From: Azolla caroliniana
Taxonomy: Eukaryota > Plantae > Polypodiophyta
Assembly (NCBI GenBank): GCA_043228905.1
Contig: JBHGNT010000013.1
Location: forward strand, 10,168,001 to 10,232,000
Reading direction: 5' to 3'
Length of the DNA stretch: 64,000 nt
This document shows, piece by piece, positions 47,870 through 62,400 of the stretch. Position numbers and translations under genes: made by a program. Position 1 is the stretch's first letter; every line of letters begins with the position of its first letter. The notes beneath the pieces are model-generated. The model did not search any database and was not told where the DNA came from. It was given only the letters and a program-made list of their open reading frames with translations.

Positions 47870-50200
47870 ATGGCTGCAAAGGCATCAATGATGGCAGTAG
47901 AGGGGTCATCGAACAATGAGTCGGAAGCGGCGAAGCTTGCACGAACATGCCCACGAGTCCCTCTTGCCTACAAGGGAATGCATGTATGGCAGGAACGTAG
48001 GTATAGTCTCTATGTTGCAGGTCTAGAACAAGAGAAAAATAGGACGGACAGTCGAAGTGGTAGCTGAATGCAAGCAGTGGGAGCCTTCAGTCTCTCCCCA
48101 TAAGAAGAATGCATCATGGAGAATGAATGACTTCAACTTAGACAGAAATCCTTTGTGTTGAAAGTGATGGGTAGTCGACCTAACAAAGCGATGTTGTGTG
48201 ATTGATTGCAGAGTTGCCTACAAGAAGACCTTGGTAGAATGAAGGACATCACATTTATGGGAAAAGGGGTTTTATGATTTCACGGTGATGCCTCACACAA
48301 ATGTATGGAAAATTATTGCGAGCAACCCATTGGCATGGCACAATGGAAGAGCCTATGTTCAAATGGGATGCAAATTTTGACATGTGTAAAGCAGAAGCTT
48401 GTATAGGCAATCCAATAGTGATATTTCGACCTTTTTCCCTAGTTTACCTAAGCAATGGGAGTCCTTTCTCTCAGCCATCGGCAAAATTATGGGAGGGCAA
48501 TTCTTGGAAAAAACACTAGTAGTAGAGAGAATAAGTGAAACCCTGAGGTTCAAATGAATTGTCTTTGACATAAAGGCCCTACCGCAATCGATGTTGTTTA
48601 GCAGCAAACAAATGTCGGACCATGTACAAACATTGGAATATGCCGGACCCACGGGGGAATGCTTTGCATGTAGATAGATGGGGCATATAGCCCGATAATA
48701 CCATAAAGTTAAGGAGAACAGAGCGCAACAAGTCATATGCAATAGAACAATTTGAGAATAAACAATGTAGTGTGTATGAATGAAACGGGATGGAAATAAT
48801 AATAACAATAAAGGAAAACAAAAAATTATGGTCGGACAAGAATGGCTTCCACTTAACAACAAATATGAACTCTTAACCTTAGAGGACAATGAAAACACAA
48901 CTAATGAAAGGGGAGCAAGAACGGAGGCAAATCCGGAGAGCAACTATATGGGAGCTATTAATGATACGCAAAAATTACAGCAGGAAGAAGGCTTGATAGT
49001 GGATGATATTGAAAGTATGGATGACGTAGGAGAAATAAGTATAGGAAAGGTCGTAAGACCCTTGAAAGAGCAACCTAAGTCACTCGTGACAACCCAACAA
49101 ATCAAGGGGATAGCAAAAATGAAAAGGCACATGCGTGCTAGAAAAGAAGACAAGACTGGGATGGAGAAAAATAAATTTATGTGTACATGGATGAGAGTGA
49201 AATGGAATCCTTGATGTAAAGTGACCTCCCTATCAAATATTGGACAATAGATCAAACGAAAATTGACAGGAAAATTCTGGTTTAAGGAAATGTGTGGAAG
49301 TGAGATGAAGGAGGACTATGTGTAGAGTCAATATCTATGGTAAATGCAATGAAGAAGTCCTGCTCGATTGATTGTCCTATATGTTGGCCTTTGGAAATAC
49401 AAAACCCCACAATAGAGAAGAAGCAATCAGATGGTTGGAACAAATGGTTGCTCATGTAGACTTCGTATATGCGATAGGTGTGATCTTGAATAGACAATGG
49501 AATGATGCAATGCTATGGAGTTCGGGCAAGGCGGATGAGCAAGGCATATGCTACATAAATGTGAAATTGAGGAAGTTGCCTAGAATGATGATAGAGTTCA
49601 TTGTATACCACCTTGGAATGTTGAGAGAGTTGGAAGAGGAAAATCTCCAAGATAGGATTTTAGCAAACCTAGTGGAAGTTGAAAATGCATTGGTTGGGCC
49701 ACTAAAGATCCAAGCTATATGCTGAAATGAATCTTAGCTTGCTAACGTGGAATATACAAGGAATTGGTGGCACCCAATTCCAAATGAAGAAGAATGTATT
49801 AGCAGCCGAAATTCAGCATTGCACTAAGGCAATGGTGCTTGATGTTATCATGGTGCAAGAGAACCATTTAAATAGGGGTAAGATCGATAAAATTGGAAAC
49901 ACATGCTGGGAACTAGAATACATGGTCTATAGCTACGAGGGATAGATTGATTCATAGGGGAGTACTTATAACATTGAAGCTAAGCTTAAGGCAACATGCA
50001 CAGCCAAGGAGAGTTTAATAGAGGGCCGTGTTGTCTATATAAGGATAAAACACAAATGTGGTCACTTGGGGCATACTTAACATACTTAACAATGTCCAGG
50101 CTAGACAGATGGTATTTGGACCCTCGACTCATTGATAGGAAATGAAAGTGCATTATTTGTCCTGGACCATACACTAGTTCTGTTGCATATGCATGAAAAC
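47870..50200 (+). mobile_element. Decayed LINE (L1-type) 5' portion: ORF1 remnants and start of the ORF2 endonuclease
   Basis: MNLSLLTWNIQGIG...DVIMVQENHL (49727-49945) matches the APE/EEP N-terminal WN..G and QE.H motifs. Upstream broken frames resemble plant LINE ORF1. Confidence 0.6.
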
Positions 50201-51603
50201 AATCGATGAAGGCCATATAATGTGAAGGTGAGCAAGGAACTGGTTATGGATAATGTTGAGAATCAAGCTCAACCTAGTCTAGTGTGTGAACACACCTTTT
50301 GAGCATATATGAGGACTCAAAGGTCAAAATTCACCATTACTTTCTACACATTAACTACATTGTGTCATAGAATCATAGTATGAACCATACGTACCATACG
50401 TAATCGTTGTATAAAACACCCTCCTTCTAATTTGTAAGGGGTCAGTTAATCTCTTTTGTAATGTGCATATCGTTGTAATTGTTCTCCACTTCTTGTTAAT
50501 ACATAAATCGATATTGAGTACTTCATTTTCCTCGTCCCCTCGCCGCCATCGTCAGTATCTTGGTCTTACGTCGGCCCCCGATGCCGACCGCCGAAGTCTC
50601 TAGCCCGGTGTGGAGGATCCTTCTCAGGCCTCTCGTCCTTCCCAACCCTGTCCCGGTTCATCCTTCTCCGCTTGTCGAGAGGGTGGCTCGCTCCACACCC
50701 TCTCCCGTGGTACCGATGTACCGTGTTCCCAGCCTCTCCATAGGCTTGCTTCCTTCTCCTTCCAGATTGGTTATCTGGAAGTCCGCTACATCCGGTTCTC
50801 GTCTGGGCTCGTCTGTCACTGTGCATTGCCGAGTCCCGTTCTCCTGCCGCCACCATCAGTATCTTGGTCTTATGTCGGATCCGATGCCGACCACCGAAGT
50901 CTCTAGCCGGTGGGAGGTGACCCATAGGACCGGTCTTCGTTCCTCCACTTACTTGTTCTTCTCTCGAACTCGCCATCGACCTCCTGGTTATGCTCGCGCC
51001 TCCATCTTCCATCTCTCTAGGTCTCACGCCCGTTATTGGGCTGGCTGCCGGAGTCTCCGGATGAGATGTGGGGATACTGATTCCGAAATAACTCCCAACG
51101 ACTCGTCCGAGACCACCGACCCTCTTAGTGGTATCGGTGAAAAGAATCTGCTCTATGATCGATCAAGCCCCACCTGGGCTTGATTCTCTATTGTTCAGAG
51201 TCTCGGCTCCGATGCCGATCCCGCCAGACTTGTTCCATACCCTCGATCATCTTCTTCCCGAATTCCGACCTTCTCCTTGGTCGATCTTTCTCCCCATGTG
51301 AAGAGGGTTGCTCATTCCGCACCCTCCTCCGTATCGGCACCTTCATACCGAACCCGGCCCATGTCGATTGGGCTCTACTGCCTCTCCCTTGTCTTCCGTG
51401 TCTCGGACCGGTTTCAGTCGAACGATCCACATCCGGATCATGCTCCATCCAAATCGGAATGCTGACCAGTTCGATCCCAAGTTGGGTCGACTTCCGATTC
51501 CGCTCCCTTCGGCACCTCCTCTCATTTCCCCCTTCTTCTTTGCCGCAACTCCCTCCTTGACCTCCTCGCAGGCCATTTCCCATCCATCTTTGCTGGCATC
51601 GTG

Positions 51604-52650
51604 CTAGGACTCCTCGCTGGCGCCTTCCATCTCTCCGGTCTTATGACGGCACATGGGCTTGACTGCCGGAATCCACGCGGAGGGCTCTTCTCCGCTCCTG
51701 ACCTCCTTCTCGGCCGGTCTTTCTCCGCAAGTCGAGAGGGCGTCTTGCTGCACACCCTCTCCTGTGGTACCGTCGTACCATTCTTCGGCCTCTACTTGGG
51801 CCATGTTTGCCTTGTCTGGAAGGCCGACTAACTCTGAGTCTCCGGAATCCGTACGTGTGCCGAATCTCTCTTCTTCGTCGACCATCGCCTTCAAAGCCTC
51901 GTACGCTTCCCGGACTAGGGCCTCGACATTGAGCTTTGCCGATCCTTCTTGTTGTGTGCCCGCTCCTTGATGTGATGACGCGCCATCGCGCATTACCTTC
52001 CCTTTACCTTTCACGGACCACTCCTCATCCAACCGTCGGCATACTCGTTTGACTTCCGACCAGTCCTCGGTGAGCCCATTCGCTCCGTTATCGTCTTCGA
52101 GCTCAATTCCGATGGCCTCCCGTTCCACTCGGCCGATCGACCTAACGAACAACAGGACTTTGTCCACCCCCACCAGTCTTAGTTCCCGCTTTGGGAGCCG
52201 AGCAAGCCACCACTCGAACTCTCGGAACACCTTCGTTGCGCCTCGGTGGGTCTTCGTGGATGCAACCCACTCGTCGAAGTTGCGTCGTCCCCAGCTCTTC
52301 TGCCATCCTCCGTATGCCTGCAGGAGCGCCTCTTCGAAGACCTCCCACGAACTATGAACCTCTCGGAGCTCCTTTACTTCCGTGTGCATACAGACGATGA
52401 TGACCCAATAGAAGAAATCCAGACTCAATGCCTTGTCCACAGCTCGCACCTCCATCTCCGCGTTGTAGGCTTCCAAGTAGAATGGGACTTTGTCCCCGTT
52501 GAAACGGCCGACTCTTTCGACCACTTGCTCAATAGCTTGTTGTGCCGCTTCCCGTCTCATCGTAACTCGTCCGAACTCCATCACCACTTCGGCCACCATC
52601 TCCGCGAAGTCTTCGTCTTCCAACTCCATCCTACCTTGCTGCCCTTTCAC
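51604..52650 (-). CDS. Retrotransposon gag-like protein (probably defective)
   Basis: 348-aa ORF directly after the PBS. RFNGDKVPFYLEAYNAEM..SWEVFEEALLQAY resembles a capsid domain. Confidence 0.6.
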   Translation of the reverse strand: MKGQQGRMELEDEDFAEMVAEVVMEFGRVTMRREAAQQAIEQVVERVGRFNGDKVPFYLEAYNAEMEVRAVDKALSLDFFYWVIIVCMHTEVKELREVHSSWEVFEEALLQAYGGWQKSWGRRNFDEWVASTKTHRGATKVFREFEWWLARLPKRELRLVGVDKVLLFVRSIGRVEREAIGIELEDDNGANGLTEDWSEVKRVCRRLDEEWSVKGKGKVMRDGASSHQGAGTQQEGSAKLNVEALVREAYEALKAMVDEEERFGTRTDSGDSELVGLPDKANMAQVEAEEWYDGTTGEGVQQDALSTCGERPAEKEVRSGEEPSAWIPAVKPMCRHKTGEMEGASEES

Positions 52651-53349
52651 GTCGGGTTCACCAATGATGTTGCGGTAATCCGCACATGCGTGTTAGATCC
52701 GGGGTGGGACCACAAGGGTCGTGGACCAGAGAGAGACAGAATATGGAAGATCGAGCTTCATTGTTTCCCGCGACCAGCCAGGACACCAACCGGAGCGTTT
52801 TCGGATATGTACCAGGAGCAACCGAATGGGAGAGGGGAAAGGACATGCACGCAACACTGACTAGACACACGCATCCTATGTATAGAAACCAGAAAGATGG
52901 AACTCGAAAGACACCGACATAGACACAAATGCATAGAACTTCACTATATACATATATACAAGAGCAAGATACAACTTCGGCCTTGAGCCGGACCAAGGTA
53001 GGTTAGGTTACAACAATAGTCTGTTGAAACGCCGTCGATTGGGGAGCTCTTGGGCTCGTCGCGCCGAGCGGGGTCTTGCACAGGAGACAGAGCAGAAGCG
53101 AAAACCCCACAGGACATGCAAGCTCTTAACCGGACTAAACCCTAAACAGACAAAAGAAAAAGACCTCAAAGAAGCTCTAGAAGTAAGAAGAAGAAAGCTA
53201 ACAAACCCTAGATCTAAGTGGTATACCCTCCTAACTCAAAATGGACAACCCTTTTACAAGGGACCCTCCCTTCCTTTTATAGCCCAAGGAGGGAGGGACA
53301 TTACAAAGTGGGATAAATCCCTTATTACATGGGATTCTCTATCCCAACT

Positions 53350-56300
53350 TGTGAAATGTAAAGTGCGGAAGCTATACGAAACACAGAATACCAAAAACTA
53401 AATTCAAAAAAAAGTGTAAAACTTTGTACATAGGATGTGCTCAGAGAGCACTTTTATATAAGGCCATACGGATTGACAGAAGTACTGACACATACTTCAA
53501 TGCTCATAATGGAGCTCCTACACTAACTCCCAAATATATTCCCTCGCGGAATATTTGTTCAACGGCCTCCCGGTTTCCGCACCGATTCGGACTCTTGTTG
53601 CGTACGGGTTTGCGCACTAGTTTACGCACCGCACCGGTTTTACGCACCGATCCGGCCTAACCGATCAGTCTAAACCGATCTGATTCTCAGCTTGCACAGC
53701 TGATTCGGCCAATGTTGAGCTTGTATCTCAACACTCCCCCTCAAGCTCAAGTTGAGGTTCTTCCGGTCCTTCGCTCCAATTTCTCTTGTCTTCTCGCCTC
53801 GCTCACGCTCCTCGACCCATTCGATTCTGCACAACTTGACCCTTAGGGTCGGGTTGTCTGCTCGTTCGGCCTTTTCTAGCTCCCTTCCTGTCACGACGTT
53901 GGCTTCTCTTCTGCTTCCCTTTCTTCCGCTTGGCCTTAAGTTGATTCGGTGTCTCTGAATCAAACATCTGAGCCGAATCGGCTACCTCCAATTCGTCTCC
54001 ACTTTTGTCTGAATTGGCTATCTCCAATTTGTCCTCAATCTTGGCCTTCTCTCCCTTGTTGGCTTCATCTCCCCCATGCTTGGCTGTCTCTGGCTCTTTT
54101 CTTCAGTTGTTGCCCTCTTGTCCACTTCCGGACTCTTCCGCGGATCCGCCTTCGGCTTCTTTAGCCGACACTAAACCAACTTCGTCATCCGATTTGGTGT
54201 CGCGGTCACTTCCGCTCCTTTCCTGATCCTTTCCGTGATATAGCAGGACTTTTCTCCCCGTCAAGTTCGGCATGTCAAGGTGTTGCAACCCAAGGGCACC
54301 GGAGAATTGCCGCAACTTGTCCACACCAAGGGGCTTGGTGAAAATGTCAGCGTTCTGCTGATCCGTCGAAACATACTGACGTTAAACTTCACCAAAGAGA
54401 AAACGTTCGCAAACAAAGTGGTAGTGCACCTCAATGTGCTTAGTCTAGGCATGGAAGACGAGGTTCTTTGCAAGTTGGATGTTGTTGAGGTTGTTGTAGT
54501 AGATCGTCGTCGGATCGGGCACCTCCATCTGCAAATCCTTAAGTAGCCGATTCAACCATATGGCTTCGCATGTTGCGATAGCCGCTCCTCGATACTCGGC
54601 CTTTGTGCTCGACAGTGCAACTATCGGCTGCTTCTTGGTACTCTACGCGATTGCGGCACTCCTAATGGAGAACACGAATCCAGATGTGGATCGGTGATCC
54701 CCGATGTTTCCGGCCCAATCGGCATCTGTATAGCCGACTAGCTGTGCAGCAATACCGGTCCAATATAGTAGTCCCCGGTCCTTAGTGCCACTGACGTACC
54801 TGAGTACGCGTTGCGCGCACTGAAGGTGCTCCTCGGTTGGCCACACCATGAACTGAATAATCAACTCGACCGGGTAATTGAGGTCTGGCCGGGTGATAGT
54901 CAAGTATATGAGGCTTATGACAATCTGTCGGAACCTTTTCGGGTCACAGACCTTTCCGGAGTCGGCGCGAAGCTTCATGGTTCTGTGGAGAGGAGTTGAG
55001 ATGGACTTACAATTTGCCATCCCGAAGTTGAAGAACATACTCAGCACGTAATGTTGTTGGCTGATCCATATGCCTTCGGGGGTTCGGATTATTTCAATCC
55101 CGAGAAAGTAATGAAGGTCCCCCAGGTCCTTCATATCAAATGATGCCGCAAGCTAGAGCTTTACGCGGTCAATTTCATCTAGGTCGACGTCGGCGATGAC
55201 CAAGTCATCAACATAAAGTAAAATACTAACCGGCCCAAGTCGACCTTGCCGGACGAACAATGAAGAGTCCGATTTGGACGTCGCAAATCTCATCCGACGC
55301 AATCATTGCGTGATCTTTGCGTTCCAGGCACGTCGGGTTCACTAAATATGTCGCGAAGTTACGCGCGCGCGTGTAGAAGGGGCGGGACCACGGGGGTCTT
55401 GAACCGAGGAGCAAGAGAGAGAGACAGAGAGACAGAGAGCGAGAGAGATTTGTAGATACGCGAAGCGAGAAGGAGAGATATAGAACGCAACACTCGATTT
55501 CAATAACAAGAGTATACAATAACAAGAGAATACGACTCTGACGGTTACAACCGGCAAGGCGGCGATGGACCCGACACGGGGATCCTATTCACACCCACAG
55601 ACAGCACTCGCTCGACTCCAAGAAACAAACAAAAAGGGGAAGAGCCTGCTACTGGAAGCGCACGGGATGTCCACGAAGCAGAGGTAGCGAGCTTCCGACC
55701 TACAGAGACCGACGGCCGGGGGAGAAGAGAGAGCTCGGCACTCAGATCTGCAGCAGCTCTTCGTCCTCCCTAGCGCGCGATACCTATTCCTTCCTCCTCT
55801 CCCTCCTTAAATAGTCCCCCTAGAGGGGGTGCCCCCCTTTCCTTAGCCAAACTGCTTTATTCCCTGTCCCTGTCGACAGAGATACGCACAAAATCCCCTA
55901 ATAAATGTGCTACCTAGTATTTACACCAGTCACCCTAATTACGAATTATGTACAATATATCAATTCTCGCGTCCACCCGTGTAAGAGCTGATTCATGCGC
56001 CTTTTTCTAGTCGATTCCGCCTATGGCTAGTTTTCTTTACGACAACAGTGCCTACGTCATTGGTGTCGTTGATGAACATCCTCCCATCTCTGCGCCCTTG
56101 CGCAATAACTTGGCCTTCTTCCTCGATGAAGCACCCGATATGCGTGAACCGGACTTGCATGCCATGGTCGACGATCTGTCCGGCCAACACCAGATTCTTC
56201 GTAATTGTTGGGATGTGTAACACGTTAATTAGTTTCCCTTTTTGCCTGATGTGGCTGAGGGGAATTTCATCGATATGTACGATCAGATGCAAAGTGTCGT

Positions 56301-57956
56301 CGCCTGTTGCGACTACTCCCGGTTGTTCCGGTTGTTCCGGTTTTTCCAGATATGAGAACCACTCTTTATGATTCGTCACATGGTTTGACGCTCCGGAGTC
56401 AACGTACCACACTTCGTCCGATTTCGGGGTAGTCTTCTTCATCGAGTTCGCTTCATGTCTTGTCACGAAGGCTACCCCCTTTCCGGCTTTTTCGGATCCT
56501 TCGGCGTAGTGCATCCGCTGCCGATTTGCTTGTTCGATCCGTCCAGATCCGATTCCGGTTTTCTCCGAATTGGTGCACTTCTTCCACCACTCGCTCTCCT
56601 TGTGGCCTTTCTTGCCACAATACCAGCATTCCGTAGCATGCTTCCCTTGCTAGTTCTCGTCACCTCCTCAACTCAACTTGCTTCCAAAGGGTCCGGAATT
56701 GTTGTCGGCATCACCACGATGCCTTCTTCCTTGCTCCCTTCGGCCGCCCAACTCGCCTCGTTTGCCACGACCATGGGGCCTATTTCCCTCCGTGTACAAC
56801 ATCTTACTATCGGCGTGCGTATTCGTCGATGCACCAGCTTGATTCTCCTCTACAAGGAGCATCGACTGCAAGTCAAAAAATGACGGCGTATTCTCCCTTG
56901 TAGAAATAGCAGTTCGGAATGCTCTGAACTTCGATGCCAATCCTCCAAAGCATATTTGCACCATTTCTCCCTCCTCAACATTCACATCGATGGAGGCGAG
57001 GGAATCGCATGTATCCTTTATCTTGGAGGTGTAGTCAACCACGGTAATGTCGCGTTGACGCAAATTGCTCAACTCCTATCGGAGTTGGAGTTTCCTGTCT
57101 ATGGTGCTTGCGGCGAAATATTTTTCAGATTTCCCCAAGCATCCTTCTGAGTTCTTGCATCCCAAATGTAGCTCAAGAGTTGTTCGCTCACACAGCACAC
57201 AAAGCAGTAGAGAACTCTGCTCGCTGACTGTTCCGAGGCCAGGAAGTCTCTGTGTGTCAATTCGGGTGCTGCATCATTCGCTTCATCGACATAGCTCCAG
57301 TATCCATGTCCGGGCAAGTATTGGTGCATCTTGTACAACCAAGATGCATAGTTACTTCTGTCAAGCTTCTCAGTTGGAAGCGAACTAGCCATACCTCTAT
57401 CCTTCTTCTTTTTTCGTTCTTCACCAAGATTAGGTTTTTTTTGTTGTTGTTTCGAGCTGAAGTTGGTTGTAGAGGTTCTCAACCCTCGCGCTCTGATACC
57501 ATGTGAAATGTAAAGTGCGGAAGCTATACGAAACACAGAATACCGACAGAGAAAAAACAAGTTTAATGGAGAGCTTAAGACACAATGTACGCAACAGAGA
57601 CAGAGAGGGAATACACACACAAATAACTAAATTCAAAATAATGTGTAAAACTCTGTACATAGGATGTGCTCAGAGAGCACTTTTATACAAGTCCATACGT
57701 ACTGACAGAAGTACTGACACGTACTTCAATGCTCATAACTAAGCTCCTACACTAACTCCCAAATATATTCCCTTGCGGAATATCTGTTTAAAGGCCTCCC
57801 GGTTTCCGCACCGATCCGGCCTCTTGTTGCATACCGGTTTGCGCACCAGTTTACGCACCGGTTTACGCATTGATCTGGCCTAACCGATCAGTCCAAACCG
57901 ATCCGGTTCTCAGCTTGCACAGCCGATTCAGCCAATGTTGAGCTTATATCTCAACA
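53350..57956 (-). mobile_element. Degenerate Ty1/copia element with internal deletion
   Basis: LTRs 53350-53733 and 57502-57956. TSD CAACT. PBS TGGTATCAGAGC (iMet) and PPT present. gag EKLDRSNYASW, PR WYVDSGASNH, RT/RH GYTDADWAG. INT missing. Confidence 0.92.
55329..56044 (-). mobile_element. Second tRNA-Trp-primed family LTR (55349-56044) plus PBS, nested in the Copia
   Basis: TGTCG...CGACA termini. cacgtcgggttcact PBS remnant. LTR ends resemble those at 52668 and 58093. Confidence 0.7.
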
Positions 57957-58093
57957 CAACTTAACTCCTATTTGGTGCCATAAAGGCACCCCATTATCTT
58001 ACACGGGTATACAAGGGTGAGTGTTGACGCTTCACCCTCGTGATATTACCAATAGGCCCGGTTTTCTCCCTATGGTCGTGAATCTTCATGACA

Positions 58094-59167
58094 CCGCAAT
58101 GGTCTTCATAGTCGGAATTCGTGCCATAGTTCGTGAGTTGTCGATTGATTGAAGCCGACTTTCGTTTCTTCTTTCGAAACTCCTCTTTGTACTGGCCGAG
58201 TTTTCCACAATACCCGTATTTGATCAGGTTGTTTTAGCAACTTGGTATGGTAGGATGTCTCCCCATTCAGCCGAACGTCCTTGGTTTGTTCCTGACCTCT
58301 TGTCAACGATGGGAGTTGTGTTCTCGGGGCGACTAAGTATGTCGTCCTAGTCCGAATCAACCTCTATTTCCTCAACTGAATCATCTTCCCTCGTCTGATT
58401 GGGAGTAGAGCATCTAACCATCTGGCACATTGCTCCTTGATTGAACATGATTTTCATCAACCAGTAGTATCGACTAAAGGTTGAAAAAGGATGGGGGATT
58501 CTCCCTTGAAGGAATGACCGACCTGATTGTGTTGAATTGTGGTACTAAGCCGTTGAGGCATATTTGCACCATTTCATGATCATCGATGATGATGTTAATC
58601 GATCCGAGGACGTCGCACAACTCCTTGATCTTCAAGGTATAACTAGTGATCGACATATCCCTTTCCTATATATTGTTCAACTCCTACCAAAGTTGAAGCT
58701 TGCGTGCAGCCGTATTGGCCACAAAAATCTTCTTGAGATTGCCCCAGGCGACTTTCAGTGTTTTTTGCCTTTCAAATCTAGCCAAGCATGTGATCATGAA
58801 CGCATGATGCTAGGAAGTACAACACACAACTCACTGCTTTCTCCCAAGCTTGGTAGTCAGCATGTGTTAGGCTGGGTTGATTTTCATGAGCTCCTTCGAT
58901 GTAGCTCCAATAGCCTTGACCGAAAAGGTAATGATGAATCTTGTATTCCCAAGATGCAAGGTTCGATCAGTCGAGTTTCTCGGTGGGCAGAGCGCTTCCC
59001 ATCTGAGGGTTCATTTTTCTCCTCTATCGTTGAGCTGGTTGTGTTTGATCGTCGGCGAGTAATACAACACAATTGAGTGAATCTGTCTACCACATGCTTT
59101 GATACCATGTAAAGAAATGGAGAGTGTAGGTGATTTTGTGCAATGGAAGGAATTTTCAGTGTAAGAC

Positions 59168-59225
<58 letters not shown>

Positions 59226-59438
59226 TGTGTGTGTGTGTGTGAACTTAGAGATAGAGAACCAGAAGCTGTATTAGACAAAAATGAAATACATCCAACTGTA
59301 ACTAAGTTACAAAATATTGGTTTAAATACCAACTAACCTAAGGCAACTACCCTTTCTACTATTTACAAAACTAGTTGTGTGTCTCCACTTCTAGTGTGAA
59401 AGACATTTCATTGGGGAAGTTGGGTTTGATTCTCAACA
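58094..59438 (-). mobile_element. Copia 5' fragment (LTR 59108-59438, iMet PBS, gag remnant)
   Basis: TGGTATCAAAGC PBS ending at 59107. gag fragment YTLKIKELCDVLGSI..MVQICLNGL. Confidence 0.8.
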
Positions 59439-59439
59439 A

Positions 59440-62400
59440 TAACATTCACCACTCCCCAAGATTCTAGAGAGTGAGTGAGTGTTTTAGTGAGAGGGTGACC
59501 TTATATAATGCACCCTCCTCTTGCTTCGTAGTCATTGGTTAATCTCCCTTGTAGTGGTTGTTATTTCTTTGTAGTTATTATTCTCTACTTTTTGTTAATG
59601 TACATCTTGAGTATTCTATTTTCCTATATATCATGTGTCTCTCCTGTCTCCTCTTTCACATACATATATCTAATCTATTCCACTTAACATAATTACACAC
59701 ATAATTATTTACATGGTATCAAAGCAATTTGGTAGCTCGATCTAAGTTCCTCCACATGTGTTGTGTCTTACATCGACGTTCAAGAAGAACTGGCCCTTTG
59801 CTATTGTAGTAGCAATGCATAGCGTGTCTGTAAGAAAGATTCGGAGGGGGAGGAAGGAAACCCATTTCGACCACCATGAATACTCAAATGGGCAGCTCAC
59901 TCCCCATTGAAAAGTTGGAAAAAAAATAACTTTTTATCTTGGGAGTGTACCAATACCTTGTTAGCCAACTCTATTGGAGCTACATTGAAGGAGCCCAAGA
60001 AACAAAACCCAACCCACACATACCAACTGCCCAACATGGGAACAAGTGGTAGGTTGAGTGTTGTATTGCTTGGCATCATGTGTTCACAACCACATGCTTA
60101 GCTACGTTCGAGAAACCAAGACTTCAAAGGAAGCGTGGGAGAATCTCAGGAAGCTTTTCGCGGCCAACACAACCGCATGCAAGCTCCAACTCCATCAAGA
60201 GTTGAATAACATCCAACAATGAGACATGTCGATCACAAGATACACCTTCAAGATCAAGGAGTTGTGCAACTCACTCGGCTCCGTCAACGTTCGCGTTGAT
60301 GACGACGAGATGGTGCAAATATGCCTCACCAGCTTAGCACCATGATTCGGCACAATGAGATCGGATGTCCTCGCAAGAGAAAACCACCCTCCTCCTTCGA
60401 CGTTCAATCAATGCTACTAGTTGAAGAAAAACACGTCTGAACAAAGAGCAATGCTCTATTCGCACTCGAACAGAGGTAGTGGATGCAGTTGCGCAAGAAG
60501 AAGTCAATTCAGCCAAGGACGAAGCGATCGAGGACCATCTCATGAACATAACTTCCACTACCGGCAAGACATTGGGCATACATGAGGGGGTTACGACAGA
60601 AGGGAGAGCTTCCATGCTGGAACAAGCCGGAAAAACAACCCCATCGAATGTGGATACTGTGGCAAAATTGATTACCATGAAGAGGAGTGCCAAAAGAAGA
60701 AATGTGAGTTAGCTTCCACAAGCCGACAACTCACCAATTATGTCACCAACTCCGATTATGACGACCATGGAGGAATGTTCGAGATGAGACACAAAGCAAA
60801 TCTTATATCGGCCTCCAGTCCGATTAGTACCTCCAGTCCGGAAGTCATATGGTTTGTCAACTCCAACGCATCAAAGCACATGAAGTCCCATCAAGATCGA
60901 TTCCAAGACCTGCGAGAGCCGGATCGACCAAGCTATGTTGAGACTAGGGATGACATTATTCATCCGATACGGCATGTCGGCAATGTGCCATTCGGCAGAG
61001 AAGGAAACCATACCTATGTTAAAAATGTCTTGCATCTTCTAACCATCACAAAGAATTTGGTCTCAGTTAGCGAAATTGTGGAGCAAGGTATGCGAGTCCA
61101 TTTCGACCACGCAGGTTGCTTCATTGAGAAAGAGACCTGACTGATCGCTCGCGGATGAAGAGAGAGCCAAACGTTCATTCTCGACTCACACGAGATGAAA
61201 TCGACCATGTTTGCGAAGGGCCCCAAAGCCTCTACGAACATAGAGCTATGGCATAAAAGAATCAGCCACATCAATCTCCAAAAGCTCAAAGGCATGCAGT
61301 TGAAAGAAGTAGTCATCATTGTTTACAGAGAAGGAGATGGTCAAAGTATGTGAAGCTTGCCAGTTCGAAAAACAACATTGGCATCCGTTTCTGAAAGAGA
61401 AAAAAATAAGTAAAGGCCTATTGGATCTGATCCATTCGGATGTGTGGGGATTGTCCTAGGCGACAACATTTGGAGGATACCGACACTATGCCACCTTCAT
61501 TGATGACTACTCCAGGCACAACTGAATCTTTCCCATGCAACAAAAGAGTGAAGTGTTCTCACACTTCTAGAAATTCGAAAACAGTTTGGAAAAAGAAACA
61601 GGCTGACACGTTCGGTGCCTTCGATCGGACGGAGAAAAAGAGTATTTTTTCGATGACTTTACAGCTTATCTCCGGTAAAAAGGAATTCATCGAGAACTTA
61701 TGTGCCGATACAACATAATAGAGTAGTTGAATGGAAGAATCGGCACATCGTCAAGGTAGCAAGGGCCATACTAAATGAAAAGTGCATGTCGAAGTCATAC
61801 TGAGCCGAAGCAACATTTACAACCATCTATTTTACGAATCGATGCATATCATCAGTCGTGCACGAGGTCACCCCTCATGAGAAATACTTTGGACTGAAGT
61901 CGGACCTATCTCACATCAAGATATTTGGTTCAATTGCATTCATGCACATGAAAAGTGCATGTCGAAGTCATACTGGGCCGAAGCAGCATGCACAACCATC
62001 TATCTCATGAATCGATGCATAACATCAGGCGTGTACGAGGTCACCCCTCACTAGAAATACTTTGGAAAGAAGCCAGACCTATCTCACATCAACATATTTG
62101 GTTCAATTGCATTCTCACACATTCCCGATGAGAAGCTGCAGAAGCTTGATCCAAAATTGGAGAAGGGCATTCTTGTGGGGTACTCACTTGAACAAAAGGG
62201 GTACAAGTGCTTCAACCCCTCTACTCGAAAGGTTCACATAAGTTAGGATGTAGTATTTGATGAATCTACATCTTGGTATGCATCTGATTCAGCTCCATCC
62301 AAACCAATTGCAACCGACTTTGACATCAATTTGGTAGAAGAAGAATAGCTAAGGTGAGTTCTTGAGGAAAGTCTGATCTCAACCAGGTTGAGTGGACCTC

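Larger units (their letters stand above)
50560..58093 (-). mobile_element. tRNA-Trp-primed LTR element remnant (5' LTR 52668-53349 + 57962-58093, split by a Copia)
   Basis: PBS TGGTGAACCCGACGTGA (52663-52647). gag-like ORF follows immediately, then degenerate internal repeats. No pol seen. Confidence 0.7.

Noticed and set aside
50363-50560. Second LTR of the Trp-primed element
   Set aside because: It looks LTR-like (TG start, TATA) but does not align with 52668-53349, and no matching TSD was found.
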